A stretch of 34,590 nucleotides of DNA from Chloroflexota bacterium. GTDB lineage: Bacteria; Chloroflexota; Dehalococcoidia; Lucifugimonadales; Lucifugimonadaceae. Shown here in pieces: positions 10,366 to 20,108 of the stretch. Every line of letters starts with the position of its first letter. Positions within the stretch are counted from its first letter, which is position 1. The stretch lies in the NCBI GenBank assembly GCA_002719295.1, contig PBHC01000004.1:3240-37829 (forward strand), in the 5' to 3' direction. The notes beneath the pieces were generated by a model. It had not been told where the DNA came from. It saw only the letters and a program-made list of their open reading frames with translations, and made no database searches. Made by a program: the position numbers and the translations under genes.

Positions 10366-10803
10366 TTATTTTTCTAATTTTTTAAACATTTCTATATGTT
10401 TTATACCCGCTTCAAGAAATATCTTCCCTCTTTCTTTATAGTCATGATTTTTATAAAATTTCATAACATATTCCTGTGCATGTAGAGAGATTTCATTTAT
10501 ATTTTTTTCAACTGCTTTTTTTTCAAGAAATAGCAAAACTTTACTTCCAACTCCAGTCCTTCTAAACTGAGATAAAACAGCCATTCTACCAATTTTAGCG
10601 AAGCTTTTGTTAGAAAGAATAAGTCTTCCTGTCGCAACAGGTTTGTTATCAACTAAGGCTAATGCATGTATTGATATATCATCATATGGATCTAACTCTT
10701 CTTCAACTGGAACGCCTTGCTCTTCTACGAAAACTTTTTTACGAATATCAAAGCAGTGGCTAATTTTATTTGATTCTTTTGCATCAATTATTTCAATTTT
10801 CAT
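10366..10803 (-). CDS. GNAT acetyltransferase, ElaA/YjcF family
   Basis: IRKKVFVEEQGVP, KIGRMAVL..FRRTGVG, LHAQ and FLEAGIKHIEM. Confidence 0.9.
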   Translation of the reverse strand: MKIEIIDAKESNKISHCFDIRKKVFVEEQGVPVEEELDPYDDISIHALALVDNKPVATGRLILSNKSFAKIGRMAVLSQFRRTGVGSKVLLFLEKKAVEKNINEISLHAQEYVMKFYKNHDYKERGKIFLEAGIKHIEMFKKLEK

Positions 10804-10902
10804 TAATTATAAATATGCTGTGTTTATTAGAAATATATATTTTACGTTTATATAAATCTATAATAAGATAACTAAAAATATAGGAATGAAGTATAGGGAC
10901 TT

Positions 10903-12003
10903 ATGAAAATTACAAATGTAAAAGTAGAGTTATTCGATTGGAAAACAGAACCTTGGAAAACAAATGATCATACACAATTTGGAAATACTGTACAACTAGG
11001 AGTAGTAACAGTAGAAACAGATGAAGGAATTTCTGGAAATTCTTTTTTGGGATCATCAAGAGTTGGTGCAGATCACCATGCTCCTGGATTAATAGAGTTT
11101 ATTAAACCTATTATTATGGGTAGAAATCCACAGGATATAGGAGCAATTTGGTCTGATCTATGGAAAATGAATAGATCTGTTTCAACTTATGTTATTGGAG
11201 CAATAGATATTTGTTTGTGGGATATAAATGGAAAAATTGCAAATCAACCCATACACAGATTAATAGGTACATGTAAGGAAACAGTTCCTGTATACTCATC
11301 TACTGCATTTCATGAAACAAAAGAACAATACGCAGAAGAAGCTTTGATTTTCAAAAATAAAGGTTGGACTGCACATAAAATTCATCCTCACGGAAACCCC
11401 AGTTATGATATTGAAATTTGTAAAGCTGTAAGAGAAGCAGTTGGAGATGATATGAAACTAATGCTAGACTCAATGTGGGCTTATCAATACGAAGATGCAA
11501 TAAGAGTTGGAAGAGCAATAGAAGATTTAAATTTTTACTGGTACGAAGACCCTTTAGTTGAAGAGGACATTTATAATTATAAAAAATTACACCAAAAATT
11601 GGATATTCCAATTATGTCAACAGAATATGCTCCCGGCAGATTTTATGGCATGGCTGAATGGATCACTGAATATGCTACAGACTTCTTAAGAGGCGATGTT
11701 GCAGTTACTGGAGGAATAACTCCAATGATCAAATTAGCAAACTTAGCAGAAGGATTTAATATGAAATGTGAAATCCATCATGGAGGGAATTCATTAAATA
11801 ATGTTGCTAATTTACATGTAACAATGGCCGTACCTAATTGTGAGTTTTTTGAGTTTTTCCCTTGTACGGGAGCTAATATGTTTGGATTAGTAGAGGATAT
11901 TAATTTTGATAATGGTTTCGTTACAGCTCCTACAAAACCTGGATTAGGGTATGAAATAGATTGGGATCTATTGAAAAAAGGGCATACTGCTACTCTTGAA
12001 TAA
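10903..12003 (+). CDS. Enolase-superfamily enzyme, mandelate racemase subgroup (paralog 1)
   Basis: VETDEG, AIDICLWDINGK, metal ligands MLD/WYED/STE, EIH and PTKPGLG. Confidence 0.9.
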   Translation: MKITNVKVELFDWKTEPWKTNDHTQFGNTVQLGVVTVETDEGISGNSFLGSSRVGADHHAPGLIEFIKPIIMGRNPQDIGAIWSDLWKMNRSVSTYVIGAIDICLWDINGKIANQPIHRLIGTCKETVPVYSSTAFHETKEQYAEEALIFKNKGWTAHKIHPHGNPSYDIEICKAVREAVGDDMKLMLDSMWAYQYEDAIRVGRAIEDLNFYWYEDPLVEEDIYNYKKLHQKLDIPIMSTEYAPGRFYGMAEWITEYATDFLRGDVAVTGGITPMIKLANLAEGFNMKCEIHHGGNSLNNVANLHVTMAVPNCEFFEFFPCTGANMFGLVEDINFDNGFVTAPTKPGLGYEIDWDLLKKGHTATLE

Positions 12004-12005
12004 GC

Positions 12006-13109
12006 ATGAAAATTAAAAATATAAAGTTAGATGTTTTTGAATGGAAAGGAACTCCATGGAAAACAAATTATCGAAATATTTTTGGACAAAATGTAAACCT
12101 AAGTGTGTTGAGCATAGAAACTGATGAAGGAATAACAGGAAATTCTTTTTTAGGCTCTTCAAAAGTAGGCTCCGAACATCACAATAAGAACATAATAAAT
12201 TTTGCTAAGACTTTTTTAATAGGAGAAAATCCTCAAAATATAGGGAAGATTTGGAATCATTTATGGAAAATGAACAGATCTCTATCATTAAATTCCATAG
12301 CCTCAATAGACATAGCATTATGGGATATTAATGGAAAAATTACAAATCAACCCATTCACAAGCTATTGGGAAGCTACAAAGAAAAAGTCCCTGTTTATAG
12401 CAGTACACCATTTCATAAAGATATAAAAGATTACGTCGATGAAGCTAGGTTTTTTAAAAATAAAGGATGGACTGCGCACAAAATACATCCTCACGGGAAT
12501 CCTTATAAGGATGTAGAAATTTGCATTGCTGTAAGAGAAGAAGTTGGAGAAGATATGAATCTAATGCTTGATTCAATGTGTGCTTATGATTATGAAAATG
12601 CATTAATGGTAGGGAAAGCCATCCAGAAATTAAATTTTTACTGGTATGAAGATCCTTTAGTTGAGGAAGATATTTACAATTATAAAAAATTGAATGAAAA
12701 ATTAGATATACCTATAGTTTCAACAGAATTTATCCCAGGCAGGCTATATTCAATTCCTGAATGGATCCGTGAAAAATCTACCAATATCGTGAGAGGAGAT
12801 GTAGTGGCTATGGGAGGAATCACTCCTCTTATTAAACTTACCAATATTGCTGAATCCTTTAAATTAAAATGTGAAATTCATTCAGGTTCTAGTAATTCTA
12901 TGGATAATGTTGCTAACCTACATGTAATTATGGCTTCTCCAAATTGTGAATTTTATGAATTTTTCCCTTCTACAGGAGAAAATAGATTTGGGTTAATAAA
13001 TGAAATTGAGTTTAAAAATGGGTATGTTCATGCTCCCAAAAAACCTGGTCTGGGCTATGAAATTAATTGGGAAGAATTAAAAAAAACATACATTGGAACT
13101 ATTGAGTAA
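12006..13109 (+). CDS. Enolase-superfamily enzyme, mandelate racemase subgroup (paralog 2)
   Basis: Same motifs as the upstream gene and colinear with it over the full length. Confidence 0.9.
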   Translation: MKIKNIKLDVFEWKGTPWKTNYRNIFGQNVNLSVLSIETDEGITGNSFLGSSKVGSEHHNKNIINFAKTFLIGENPQNIGKIWNHLWKMNRSLSLNSIASIDIALWDINGKITNQPIHKLLGSYKEKVPVYSSTPFHKDIKDYVDEARFFKNKGWTAHKIHPHGNPYKDVEICIAVREEVGEDMNLMLDSMCAYDYENALMVGKAIQKLNFYWYEDPLVEEDIYNYKKLNEKLDIPIVSTEFIPGRLYSIPEWIREKSTNIVRGDVVAMGGITPLIKLTNIAESFKLKCEIHSGSSNSMDNVANLHVIMASPNCEFYEFFPSTGENRFGLINEIEFKNGYVHAPKKPGLGYEINWEELKKTYIGTIE

Positions 13110-13160
13110 AAGGATTTAAAGGGAATATAATTGAATAAACAATTATTTTAGGAGCTCATT

Positions 13161-14009
13161 TTGGTAAATGGTGGATTTTTTGGAAATATTTCAAATACAA
13201 TTCAACTAATGAAATCATGTGTAAAGGTACTAAAAAAAGATAAAGAACTTATCTTATTTCCTATTATGGCTGCAATTTTTGTTATTGTTTTATTAGGATT
13301 AATTTACTCAACAGGATCCATAGATTTATCTGCTGCTAATGAAGAAGAAATGTCAATCTTGCCCGTTGCAATATTGATTTTTGGTGCAAATTTTATAATT
13401 GTATTTTTCAACTCAGCCTTGATATCTGCTGCTTTAGAAAGATTAAGAGGTGGAGATCCAAATATTTCATCAGGTCTAAGCCATGCTTTCAAACATATTC
13501 ATCATATTTTCTTTTGGTCTATTATTGTCACAATAATGGGTCTGATTTTTGCCGCAATAAAAGCCAATGGGAGGCAAAGAGGTGGTTTTGGCGGAATGAT
13601 GACTCAAATTTTTGCAAGCTTTTTAGAAGCAGGTTGGGCTATGATGACTTTTTTTGTAGTACCAATAATAGTGTCAGAAAACATAAGTCCATTATCGGCA
13701 ATTAAAAGATCCTCAAGTTTATTTAAACAAACATGGGGAAATCAGGTTGCAGCGAACTTTGGTTTTGGTATTTTTCAAATAATAGCCATTCTAATTAGTC
13801 TTGGCATTGGTTGGTTTTTTGGACTAATTAATGGGACTTTAGGTATTGCAATAGGATTATTGTGCGCAACCACTTCAATATCTATAATTTATACTCTTGA
13901 AGGAATCTATAAAGCTGCTTTATATGAGCATGCTCTAGGAGAAAAACCATTAGAATTTGAAGAACAAGATCTTAGAACTGCTTATAGGGCCAGTTCTGCA
14001 ATGGCTTAA
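13161..14009 (+). CDS. Conserved membrane protein, DUF6159-like
   Basis: VLKKDKELILFP, FFNSAL, W.MMTFFVVP and AIKRS..LFKQTWG. TTG start follows an AGGAG Shine-Dalgarno. Confidence 0.7.
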   Translation: MVNGGFFGNISNTIQLMKSCVKVLKKDKELILFPIMAAIFVIVLLGLIYSTGSIDLSAANEEEMSILPVAILIFGANFIIVFFNSALISAALERLRGGDPNISSGLSHAFKHIHHIFFWSIIVTIMGLIFAAIKANGRQRGGFGGMMTQIFASFLEAGWAMMTFFVVPIIVSENISPLSAIKRSSSLFKQTWGNQVAANFGFGIFQIIAILISLGIGWFFGLINGTLGIAIGLLCATTSISIIYTLEGIYKAALYEHALGEKPLEFEEQDLRTAYRASSAMA

Positions 14010-14011
14010 AA

Positions 14012-15115
14012 TTAAGCAAATCTTTTATGTGAAAAAGGTTCTATAGGAATCTCAGTTTTTTTAGACATTAGATTATCTAGAATCAATTTACCCATTGCTG
14101 GACCTAAAAGAATGCCTTGCCTACCAGTACCAGAAGCTAGGTATAAATTTCCAAAATCTGATTTTGATAATATTGGAGATTTGTCAATTGCTAATGGCCT
14201 GAGACAAGCTGTTTGAAGAACTAACTCTGCGTTCTCTAAAAAAGGAAAAACTCTGATTAATGATTCCATAATTGACTGAAGTCCAAAACTGGATGGGTTT
14301 TCGTCAAATCCTACATCCTCTTCAGTTGTTCCTGCCCAAATTAATCCATCTTGCTTTGTGGTCACATAGTTGGGGCCCCAATGAAATCCATTTTCAATAA
14401 TTTGATCACTTTTTAATCTTAATATCTGACCTTTTAATGGTCTTATAGGAATATCAAAACCAAAAGATTTAGCAAAATTTGAACTCCAAGGTCCAGCTGC
14501 TAGCAAAACATGTTCTCCGATAATTTCTTTATTATTTAATGTTGAAATAATAATAGAATTATCATTCTCAATTTTAATATTTTTCACTTCGGAATTAAGT
14601 ATTTTTACTCCATTTTTTTCTGCCGCAATACTTAAAGCTAATGTTAATTTATAAGGTTCTACCCCACTAGAAAGTTTTGTCACAAGTGCGGACATGACAC
14701 TAGGGCCTAATCTTTTTTCTATTTTTTTCAAATCATCTTTAGAGCACCATTCATAAATATCAGAATTAGAATTTTTTTTGTAGATTGACATTAGATCTTT
14801 GTCATCTTCTTCATTCAATGCAAGTTCAAAATTTGGGTAAGTCCTGTATCCATAATCTATTCCTGAAATTTCTGGGATTTCGTTTGCAAGCGATTTATGC
14901 AATTGATAAGAATATTTGCTTATTTGATTATAAGGATCATTATCTTCAAGGCCTACATGAGGTGTAATTCCTCCATAAGCAAATCCAGATGCATGACTTG
15001 CAATTGAATCTTTTTCTATCAACAGAACTTTTTTTCCCTCATTTGAAGCATAATATGCTGCAGAGCAACCTACTATTCCTCCTCCAATAATTACTATGTC
15101 ATATGAATTGTTCAT
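14012..15115 (-). CDS. FAD-dependent oxidoreductase, glycine oxidase/DAO family
   Basis: GGGIVG, AAGPWS, IRPLKGQI, ACLRP and GILLGPAMG. Confidence 0.88.
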   Translation of the reverse strand: MNNSYDIVIIGGGIVGCSAAYYASNEGKKVLLIEKDSIASHASGFAYGGITPHVGLEDNDPYNQISKYSYQLHKSLANEIPEISGIDYGYRTYPNFELALNEEDDKDLMSIYKKNSNSDIYEWCSKDDLKKIEKRLGPSVMSALVTKLSSGVEPYKLTLALSIAAEKNGVKILNSEVKNIKIENDNSIIISTLNNKEIIGEHVLLAAGPWSSNFAKSFGFDIPIRPLKGQILRLKSDQIIENGFHWGPNYVTTKQDGLIWAGTTEEDVGFDENPSSFGLQSIMESLIRVFPFLENAELVLQTACLRPLAIDKSPILSKSDFGNLYLASGTGRQGILLGPAMGKLILDNLMSKKTEIPIEPFSHKRFA

Positions 15116-15141
15116 TAGTTTAATGTTTGTTTAAATATATT

Positions 15142-16629
15142 CTAATTATTCATCATTTTTTCATAAAGCTTTAAATGAGAATCTATTAATTCTTTATGAA
15201 TTTTATGATTTTTTTTGTCAGGATAATATTTTTCTTCTATTTCGGTATCAAAATCTTCAAAATTTCGTATTTGACCCAAAGCTTTTAGAATCATTATTGC
15301 CACGCCTTTTCCAGTGTCTTGATTATCTTTTGAAATATTTATTTCCTTATTTAAAACATCAGATGTAGTTTGAATCCACCATGGTAAATTTTTAATTGCC
15401 CCTCCGCTTGCTATAACTTCTGAATCATCATCTAGAAAGTCTTCTAAAATTTTATAAACCAAAAATAATCTATAACTAATAGATTCTAAAAAAGACTGTA
15501 ATATTTCTATAGAAGTATTCGAATATTTCAATCCAGAGATTATTCCTTTAGAATTATTTGACCATCCTAATGCTCTTTCTCCTAATAAAAAAGGTAAAAC
15601 TGTAATTCCGTGCGCTGCTGGTTGTAATTTTAATAATTCACTATTTAAATTTTCTAGTTTTGGAAGTTTTAAATTATTATAAGCCCAATTAATTAGATTA
15701 CCTCCTTCTGAAAATGAACCTCCAAGAAGTGAATAGTTATTTAGTAATCTATAACACCATAAACCTTTTGGGACCTCATTTACTTTTGAATCTAAAAGTA
15801 TTCTTATCGCTCCTGTACTCCCTACAGTAATAGCAATTTTTTTTCTTCCATAACACCCACTTCCAATTGTTGCTGCCATACCATCACCAACAGATAAAAA
15901 AAATGGAGTTTCTGATAACTTTTTCCATCGCTTTGAGTAATGATTATTTAGACCTTTTTCATAGTCATCATATGGTCTTAATACAGGTAATTTATCCTCT
16001 GAAATATCCAGGTAATCAATTAAATCAGAATGCCATTTCAATTTATTTTTATCTAATAATCCGCTCCAAGAAGAAATACTATAGCTAGCTTTAAAATTTT
16101 TATTTTCAAACCATTTTGAATAAATATAAGTAGAAAAATCAACAAATTTATCAATATCTTTAAAATTCTTTTGATTATCTCTAATCCACATTATTTTTGA
16201 AGGAATATAAGAAGTGTGCTGCGCTGCTCCAGTTTCTTGATGAAGTATAGTTTCGTTAAAATCTTTCTTGATTTTATAAACTTCATTATTTGATCTAGTG
16301 TCAGCATATGTATATATTGGAGTTATAGGTTTTCCATCTTTATTTATACCCAATAGTGTGCTGGCCATAGAATCTAAACCCACCCCTACTATTTCTTCTA
16401 TATATCCTTCAGCTTTTTCTAAAACAATATCGATAGATTCTTCAACTATAGATCTCAAAATCTCTGGATCCTGTTCTGAAGTTCCATCATTTTTACTTAT
16501 TATGCTATGCGGTATAGATGTAGAAAATTTTGGTAAATTATTACCTTCTAAATCAAAAATTGAGGTTTTTACAGATGAAGTTCCTATATCAACCACAATT
16601 ATTGATTCTTTTATTTTTCTTTGATTCAA
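15142..16629 (-). CDS. gntK: FGGY-family carbohydrate kinase, gluconokinase-like
   Basis: DIGTSSVK, YTYADTR, GDG.AA.IGSG, TVGSTGAIR, GLWCYR and PFLLGERA. Confidence 0.75.
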   Translation of the reverse strand: MNQRKIKESIIVVDIGTSSVKTSIFDLEGNNLPKFSTSIPHSIISKNDGTSEQDPEILRSIVEESIDIVLEKAEGYIEEIVGVGLDSMASTLLGINKDGKPITPIYTYADTRSNNEVYKIKKDFNETILHQETGAAQHTSYIPSKIMWIRDNQKNFKDIDKFVDFSTYIYSKWFENKNFKASYSISSWSGLLDKNKLKWHSDLIDYLDISEDKLPVLRPYDDYEKGLNNHYSKRWKKLSETPFFLSVGDGMAATIGSGCYGRKKIAITVGSTGAIRILLDSKVNEVPKGLWCYRLLNNYSLLGGSFSEGGNLINWAYNNLKLPKLENLNSELLKLQPAAHGITVLPFLLGERALGWSNNSKGIISGLKYSNTSIEILQSFLESISYRLFLVYKILEDFLDDDSEVIASGGAIKNLPWWIQTTSDVLNKEINISKDNQDTGKGVAIMILKALGQIRNFEDFDTEIEEKYYPDKKNHKIHKELIDSHLKLYEKMMNN

Positions 16630-16716
16630 AATATTAGTATCTATTTTTTTTGTATTAGGTAGGATTATATATATATTTTACTATCCATTTTTTGATAAGG
16701 ATTACATAAAGTAAAA

Positions 16717-17928
16717 ATGTTTTTACAAAATATAAAAATAAAAGAAAACTTATTATTTAAAAATAAAAAATTTCAAAGCTTAATGACAGGATTTTTCTTT
16801 TTTATATGCTCTGAATGGATAGAAAGATTATGTTTAAGTTGGTTAGTTTTAAAATCAACTAATTCAATCTTCGCAACACTTGTTTCATTTGCAATAACTC
16901 AGGTTGTTCAAACTATTTTTTCCCCTTTCACAGCCGCCGCGGCGGATAAATTTGGAAGGAATAAAATTATTATTTTAGTTGGATTTACAAGGTTTTTTGT
17001 ATTATGCATATTTGCATTATTAGTTTTTCAAAATAAAAATTTCTTATTACTCGCTTATATTGCATCAGGAATGACTGGAATAACAAGATCATTTGTAGTT
17101 CCTGCTATACAAGGAAGTGTAATTAACTCTGTTGGAGAAAATCAAAAAATTACAGCAATGTTAATTTATTCAATGATAATGAGATTTACCGGAGTAATAG
17201 GATCTCTATTAGGAGGAGCTTTTTCAATATTATTTGGAATAGAACAGGCTATTTTATTATCAGGTTTATTTGGATTGATAGGATCAATTATTTTATTAAT
17301 AAAATCTTCAGAATTCAATGAAGAAAAAAATTCAGGCAATTACTTTAAAAATATAAAAGATGGACTTAAGATAGTTTTTGGTAATTTTTATACTAGAAAT
17401 TTATTACTTTTTGCTGGAATTGTTGAAATTTTTGGATTTTCTATTTTTAGTTTATTATCATCAATAACGAAATTTATATTGGAATCAGAAATAGGGATTC
17501 TAAGTATTTTGCAAACAGCAATATCTATTGGAGGATTTTTAGGTATTTTAGGATTATTTAGATGGAAAGATATAAACAAAGCACACTCTATAGTAACAGT
17601 TATTTCTCTGATTTTTGGTTTGTCTATACTAATGATCGCGCTAATAAATAATTTATATCTAGCTATTTTTTTCTTGGCTATTGTAGGTGCTTGTGGAGCC
17701 AGCTTTGATGCAGTTCAATGGACCTATCTTCAAAAAAATGTTCCTCCTCAATTAAGAAGCACAGCCGTTTCTGCATGGTTTATAACTATAGGATTAGGTT
17801 GGGTAGGACATCTTTTGATAGGCTACATGTCGGATAAGATAAGTTTGAATTTTTCTATTTTATTTACAGGTAGTATTTTGATTTGTTCATCATTTATTTT
17901 CTTTATAATTAATAGTAAGGATAAATAA
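16717..17928 (+). CDS. MFS transporter (about 12 TMS)
   Basis: AADKFGR motif A, about 12 hydrophobic segments and QKNVPPQLRS. Confidence 0.85.
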   Translation: MFLQNIKIKENLLFKNKKFQSLMTGFFFFICSEWIERLCLSWLVLKSTNSIFATLVSFAITQVVQTIFSPFTAAAADKFGRNKIIILVGFTRFFVLCIFALLVFQNKNFLLLAYIASGMTGITRSFVVPAIQGSVINSVGENQKITAMLIYSMIMRFTGVIGSLLGGAFSILFGIEQAILLSGLFGLIGSIILLIKSSEFNEEKNSGNYFKNIKDGLKIVFGNFYTRNLLLFAGIVEIFGFSIFSLLSSITKFILESEIGILSILQTAISIGGFLGILGLFRWKDINKAHSIVTVISLIFGLSILMIALINNLYLAIFFLAIVGACGASFDAVQWTYLQKNVPPQLRSTAVSAWFITIGLGWVGHLLIGYMSDKISLNFSILFTGSILICSSFIFFIINSKDK

Positions 17929-17941
17929 ATCAATAATTATT

Positions 17942-18631
17942 TTGAAAAATAAAATTAAGATAATCTCTATATTTTTTTTCCAATTTTTTGGATTATTCTT
18001 CTTTGTAGATACAATTCAAGCTCATCAACCATTTGGTATTAATGATAAAACAGAAAAAAATTATATAGAAATAAGTGATGCAACAGTATCTCATGCTTTT
18101 TATGGAGAGTTTGTAAATAAAGATGAAGAAATGATACTTGATTTTAAATTAAAAGAAGGCGATACATTTGATTTCAGTTTATTAATACCAAATCTGGAAC
18201 CTGAAAATCTAAAAGACTCAAGTGAATTCCCTTACCTATTAATTAATGATGTTAAGTATTTACCTAATCAAACTTCAAATTTTTACGAACCCTACAGCAG
18301 AATGAATCTTATAAGAATAATATCTGAAAGACAAAATATAGAAAAAAATACAGATATAAATGTAAAAGTCATTTCTAGAGGAAATACAAGATATGTTTTT
18401 TCAATCGGATATAAAGAAATATTTAACAATACCTATGCATCAGGTAATGTTAGAAGGTTCAGCATGAATGATCTAAACGAATGGTATAACAGATTATATA
18501 CCCCTGATGCTATTGAAGAAAAAAATAATTTAACCTTTATATTAGCCATTTTAATTGGGTTTACTGTTTTTCTTAGTGCAGTATTTTATTATCGACAAGA
18601 CATATTAGAAAAATTTAATAACAATCATTGA
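17942..18631 (+). CDS. Hypothetical exported protein with C-terminal membrane anchor
   Basis: N-terminal signal peptide (IQA-HQP), a soluble middle and one C-terminal hydrophobic helix. Confidence 0.65.
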   Translation: MKNKIKIISIFFFQFFGLFFFVDTIQAHQPFGINDKTEKNYIEISDATVSHAFYGEFVNKDEEMILDFKLKEGDTFDFSLLIPNLEPENLKDSSEFPYLLINDVKYLPNQTSNFYEPYSRMNLIRIISERQNIEKNTDINVKVISRGNTRYVFSIGYKEIFNNTYASGNVRRFSMNDLNEWYNRLYTPDAIEEKNNLTFILAILIGFTVFLSAVFYYRQDILEKFNNNH

Positions 18632-19644
18632 AATCTAAATTTATCGGAAGTTTTGTTAACTATATAAACCAAAGACATCATAACTGGAACTTCAACTAAA
18701 ACACCTACAACAGTAGCCAGAGCAGCACCAGAGTTAATACCAAACATTCCTATAGCAACTGCTACAGCAAGTTCAAAAAAATTTGAAGTTCCAATTAAAC
18801 AAGCAGGAGCAGCTATCTTATGAGGGAGTTTTAAAATATAGGCTGAAAAATAAGCCAATAAAAATATTCCATAAGTTTGAATCAAGAGCGGAATTGCAAT
18901 TAATATTATAAGCAAAGGAGAATTTATGATTTTTTCCCCTTGGAATCCAAATAACAAAATTACAGTAAGTAGCAAACCTTGAACTATAAATGGTTTAAAT
19001 TTTTTATTAAATTTATTCAACCTTGAGATATTTTCTTGCAAAATAAATTTCCTTGTAAAAAAACCAAGAATCAAAGGTATTAAGACATAAAGTATAACTG
19101 AAATAAGTAGAGTGTCCCATGGAACTATAATCGAAGTCACTCCTAAATATAAAGCAGCGATAGGAGCAAATGCAAATATCATAATTATGTCATTTATAGA
19201 AACTTGCAATAATGTATAATTTGGATCTCCTTTAGTAAGAGAACTCCATACAAAAACCATTGCTGTACAAGGGGCAACTCCCAATAAAATCATACCTGCT
19301 ATATATTGCTTGGAATCATCCGGAGATATCAGGTTTACAAAAAATACTTCAAAAAATAGAATCCCAAGCATTGCCATAGTGAATGGTTTAACTACCCAAT
19401 TGATAATCAAGGTAAGTAATAGACCCTTAGGACTAGACTTAAAATCTAATATTTTTAAAAAATCTATATTTACCATCATAGGGAAAATCATTACCCATAT
19501 AAAAAAAGCGATAAGAAGATTTACTTTTTGATATTCCAAATCAGCAATAAAGTCAAAAAATCCTGGAATTATAAAACCCAATATAGTTCCAGATATGATG
19601 CTTAAAGCTATCCAAACTGATAAATATTTTTCAAAAATGCCCAA
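18625..19644 (-). CDS. acr3: Arsenite efflux transporter, Acr3 family
   Basis: FEKYLSVW, INWVVKPFTM, APCTAMVFVWS, SNFFELAVAVAI and GVLVEVPVM. Confidence 0.95.
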   Translation of the reverse strand: MGIFEKYLSVWIALSIISGTILGFIIPGFFDFIADLEYQKVNLLIAFFIWVMIFPMMVNIDFLKILDFKSSPKGLLLTLIINWVVKPFTMAMLGILFFEVFFVNLISPDDSKQYIAGMILLGVAPCTAMVFVWSSLTKGDPNYTLLQVSINDIIMIFAFAPIAALYLGVTSIIVPWDTLLISVILYVLIPLILGFFTRKFILQENISRLNKFNKKFKPFIVQGLLLTVILLFGFQGEKIINSPLLIILIAIPLLIQTYGIFLLAYFSAYILKLPHKIAAPACLIGTSNFFELAVAVAIGMFGINSGAALATVVGVLVEVPVMMSLVYIVNKTSDKFRFQ

Positions 19645-19713
19645 TTATAATATGAAAGTTTATAAAATGATCTTAGACCAACAAATCATTTATATATTAG
19701 ACTAAAGTTAAAT

Positions 19714-19890
19714 TTACTTATAGTACTTTTTATACAATTCTAAAATTGATACTTCATCAGTTTTTACCGATAAATCTTTACCAAGATTTTCATTTTGAAA
19801 ATTTTCTGCAAGAATTCTGTGCTGAACCTCTTCTTTATAACTGACTGAATTGAAAAAATTTTGACTAGCTTTAGCAATTAATGAAAACAA
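19714..19890 (-). CDS. Small hypothetical protein, 58 aa (not in ORF track)
   Basis: GAAAGG Shine-Dalgarno 6 nt before TTG. It reads MFSLIAKASQNFFNSVSYKEEVQHRILAENFQNENLGKDLSVKTDEVSILELYKKYYK* and fills an otherwise long gap. Confidence 0.55.
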   Translation of the reverse strand: MFSLIAKASQNFFNSVSYKEEVQHRILAENFQNENLGKDLSVKTDEVSILELYKKYYK

Positions 19891-19968
19891 TTTGTACCTT
19901 TCTTTTTTAGTATTTATTAAATGCTAAATCTGAAATGCCAACATATATATAGATAAATGTTAAATATT

Positions 19969-19987
19969 TGTTACGAAATTAGTAACA
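19969..19987. promoter_or_regulatory. Inverted repeat TGTTAC-N7-GTAACA, candidate operator
   Basis: Perfect 6-bp arms in the intergenic region upstream of the 58-aa ORF and acr3. Confidence 0.3.
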
Positions 19988-20108
19988 TAAAGTCTTTTGT
20001 GTCTAATTGCGAATGACTAATTAGAGAATTTTTAGTATAAATCTCAAACGAATTGCGATCATTTTACTACTTAATATTTATAAATAAAAATATTTTACGG
20101 TATTCGTA

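Noticed and set aside
19891..20108. Cobalamin riboswitch near the B12-binding regulator
   Set aside because: The region is very AT-rich and I see no B12-box or conserved GGGAA/GCCACTG elements.
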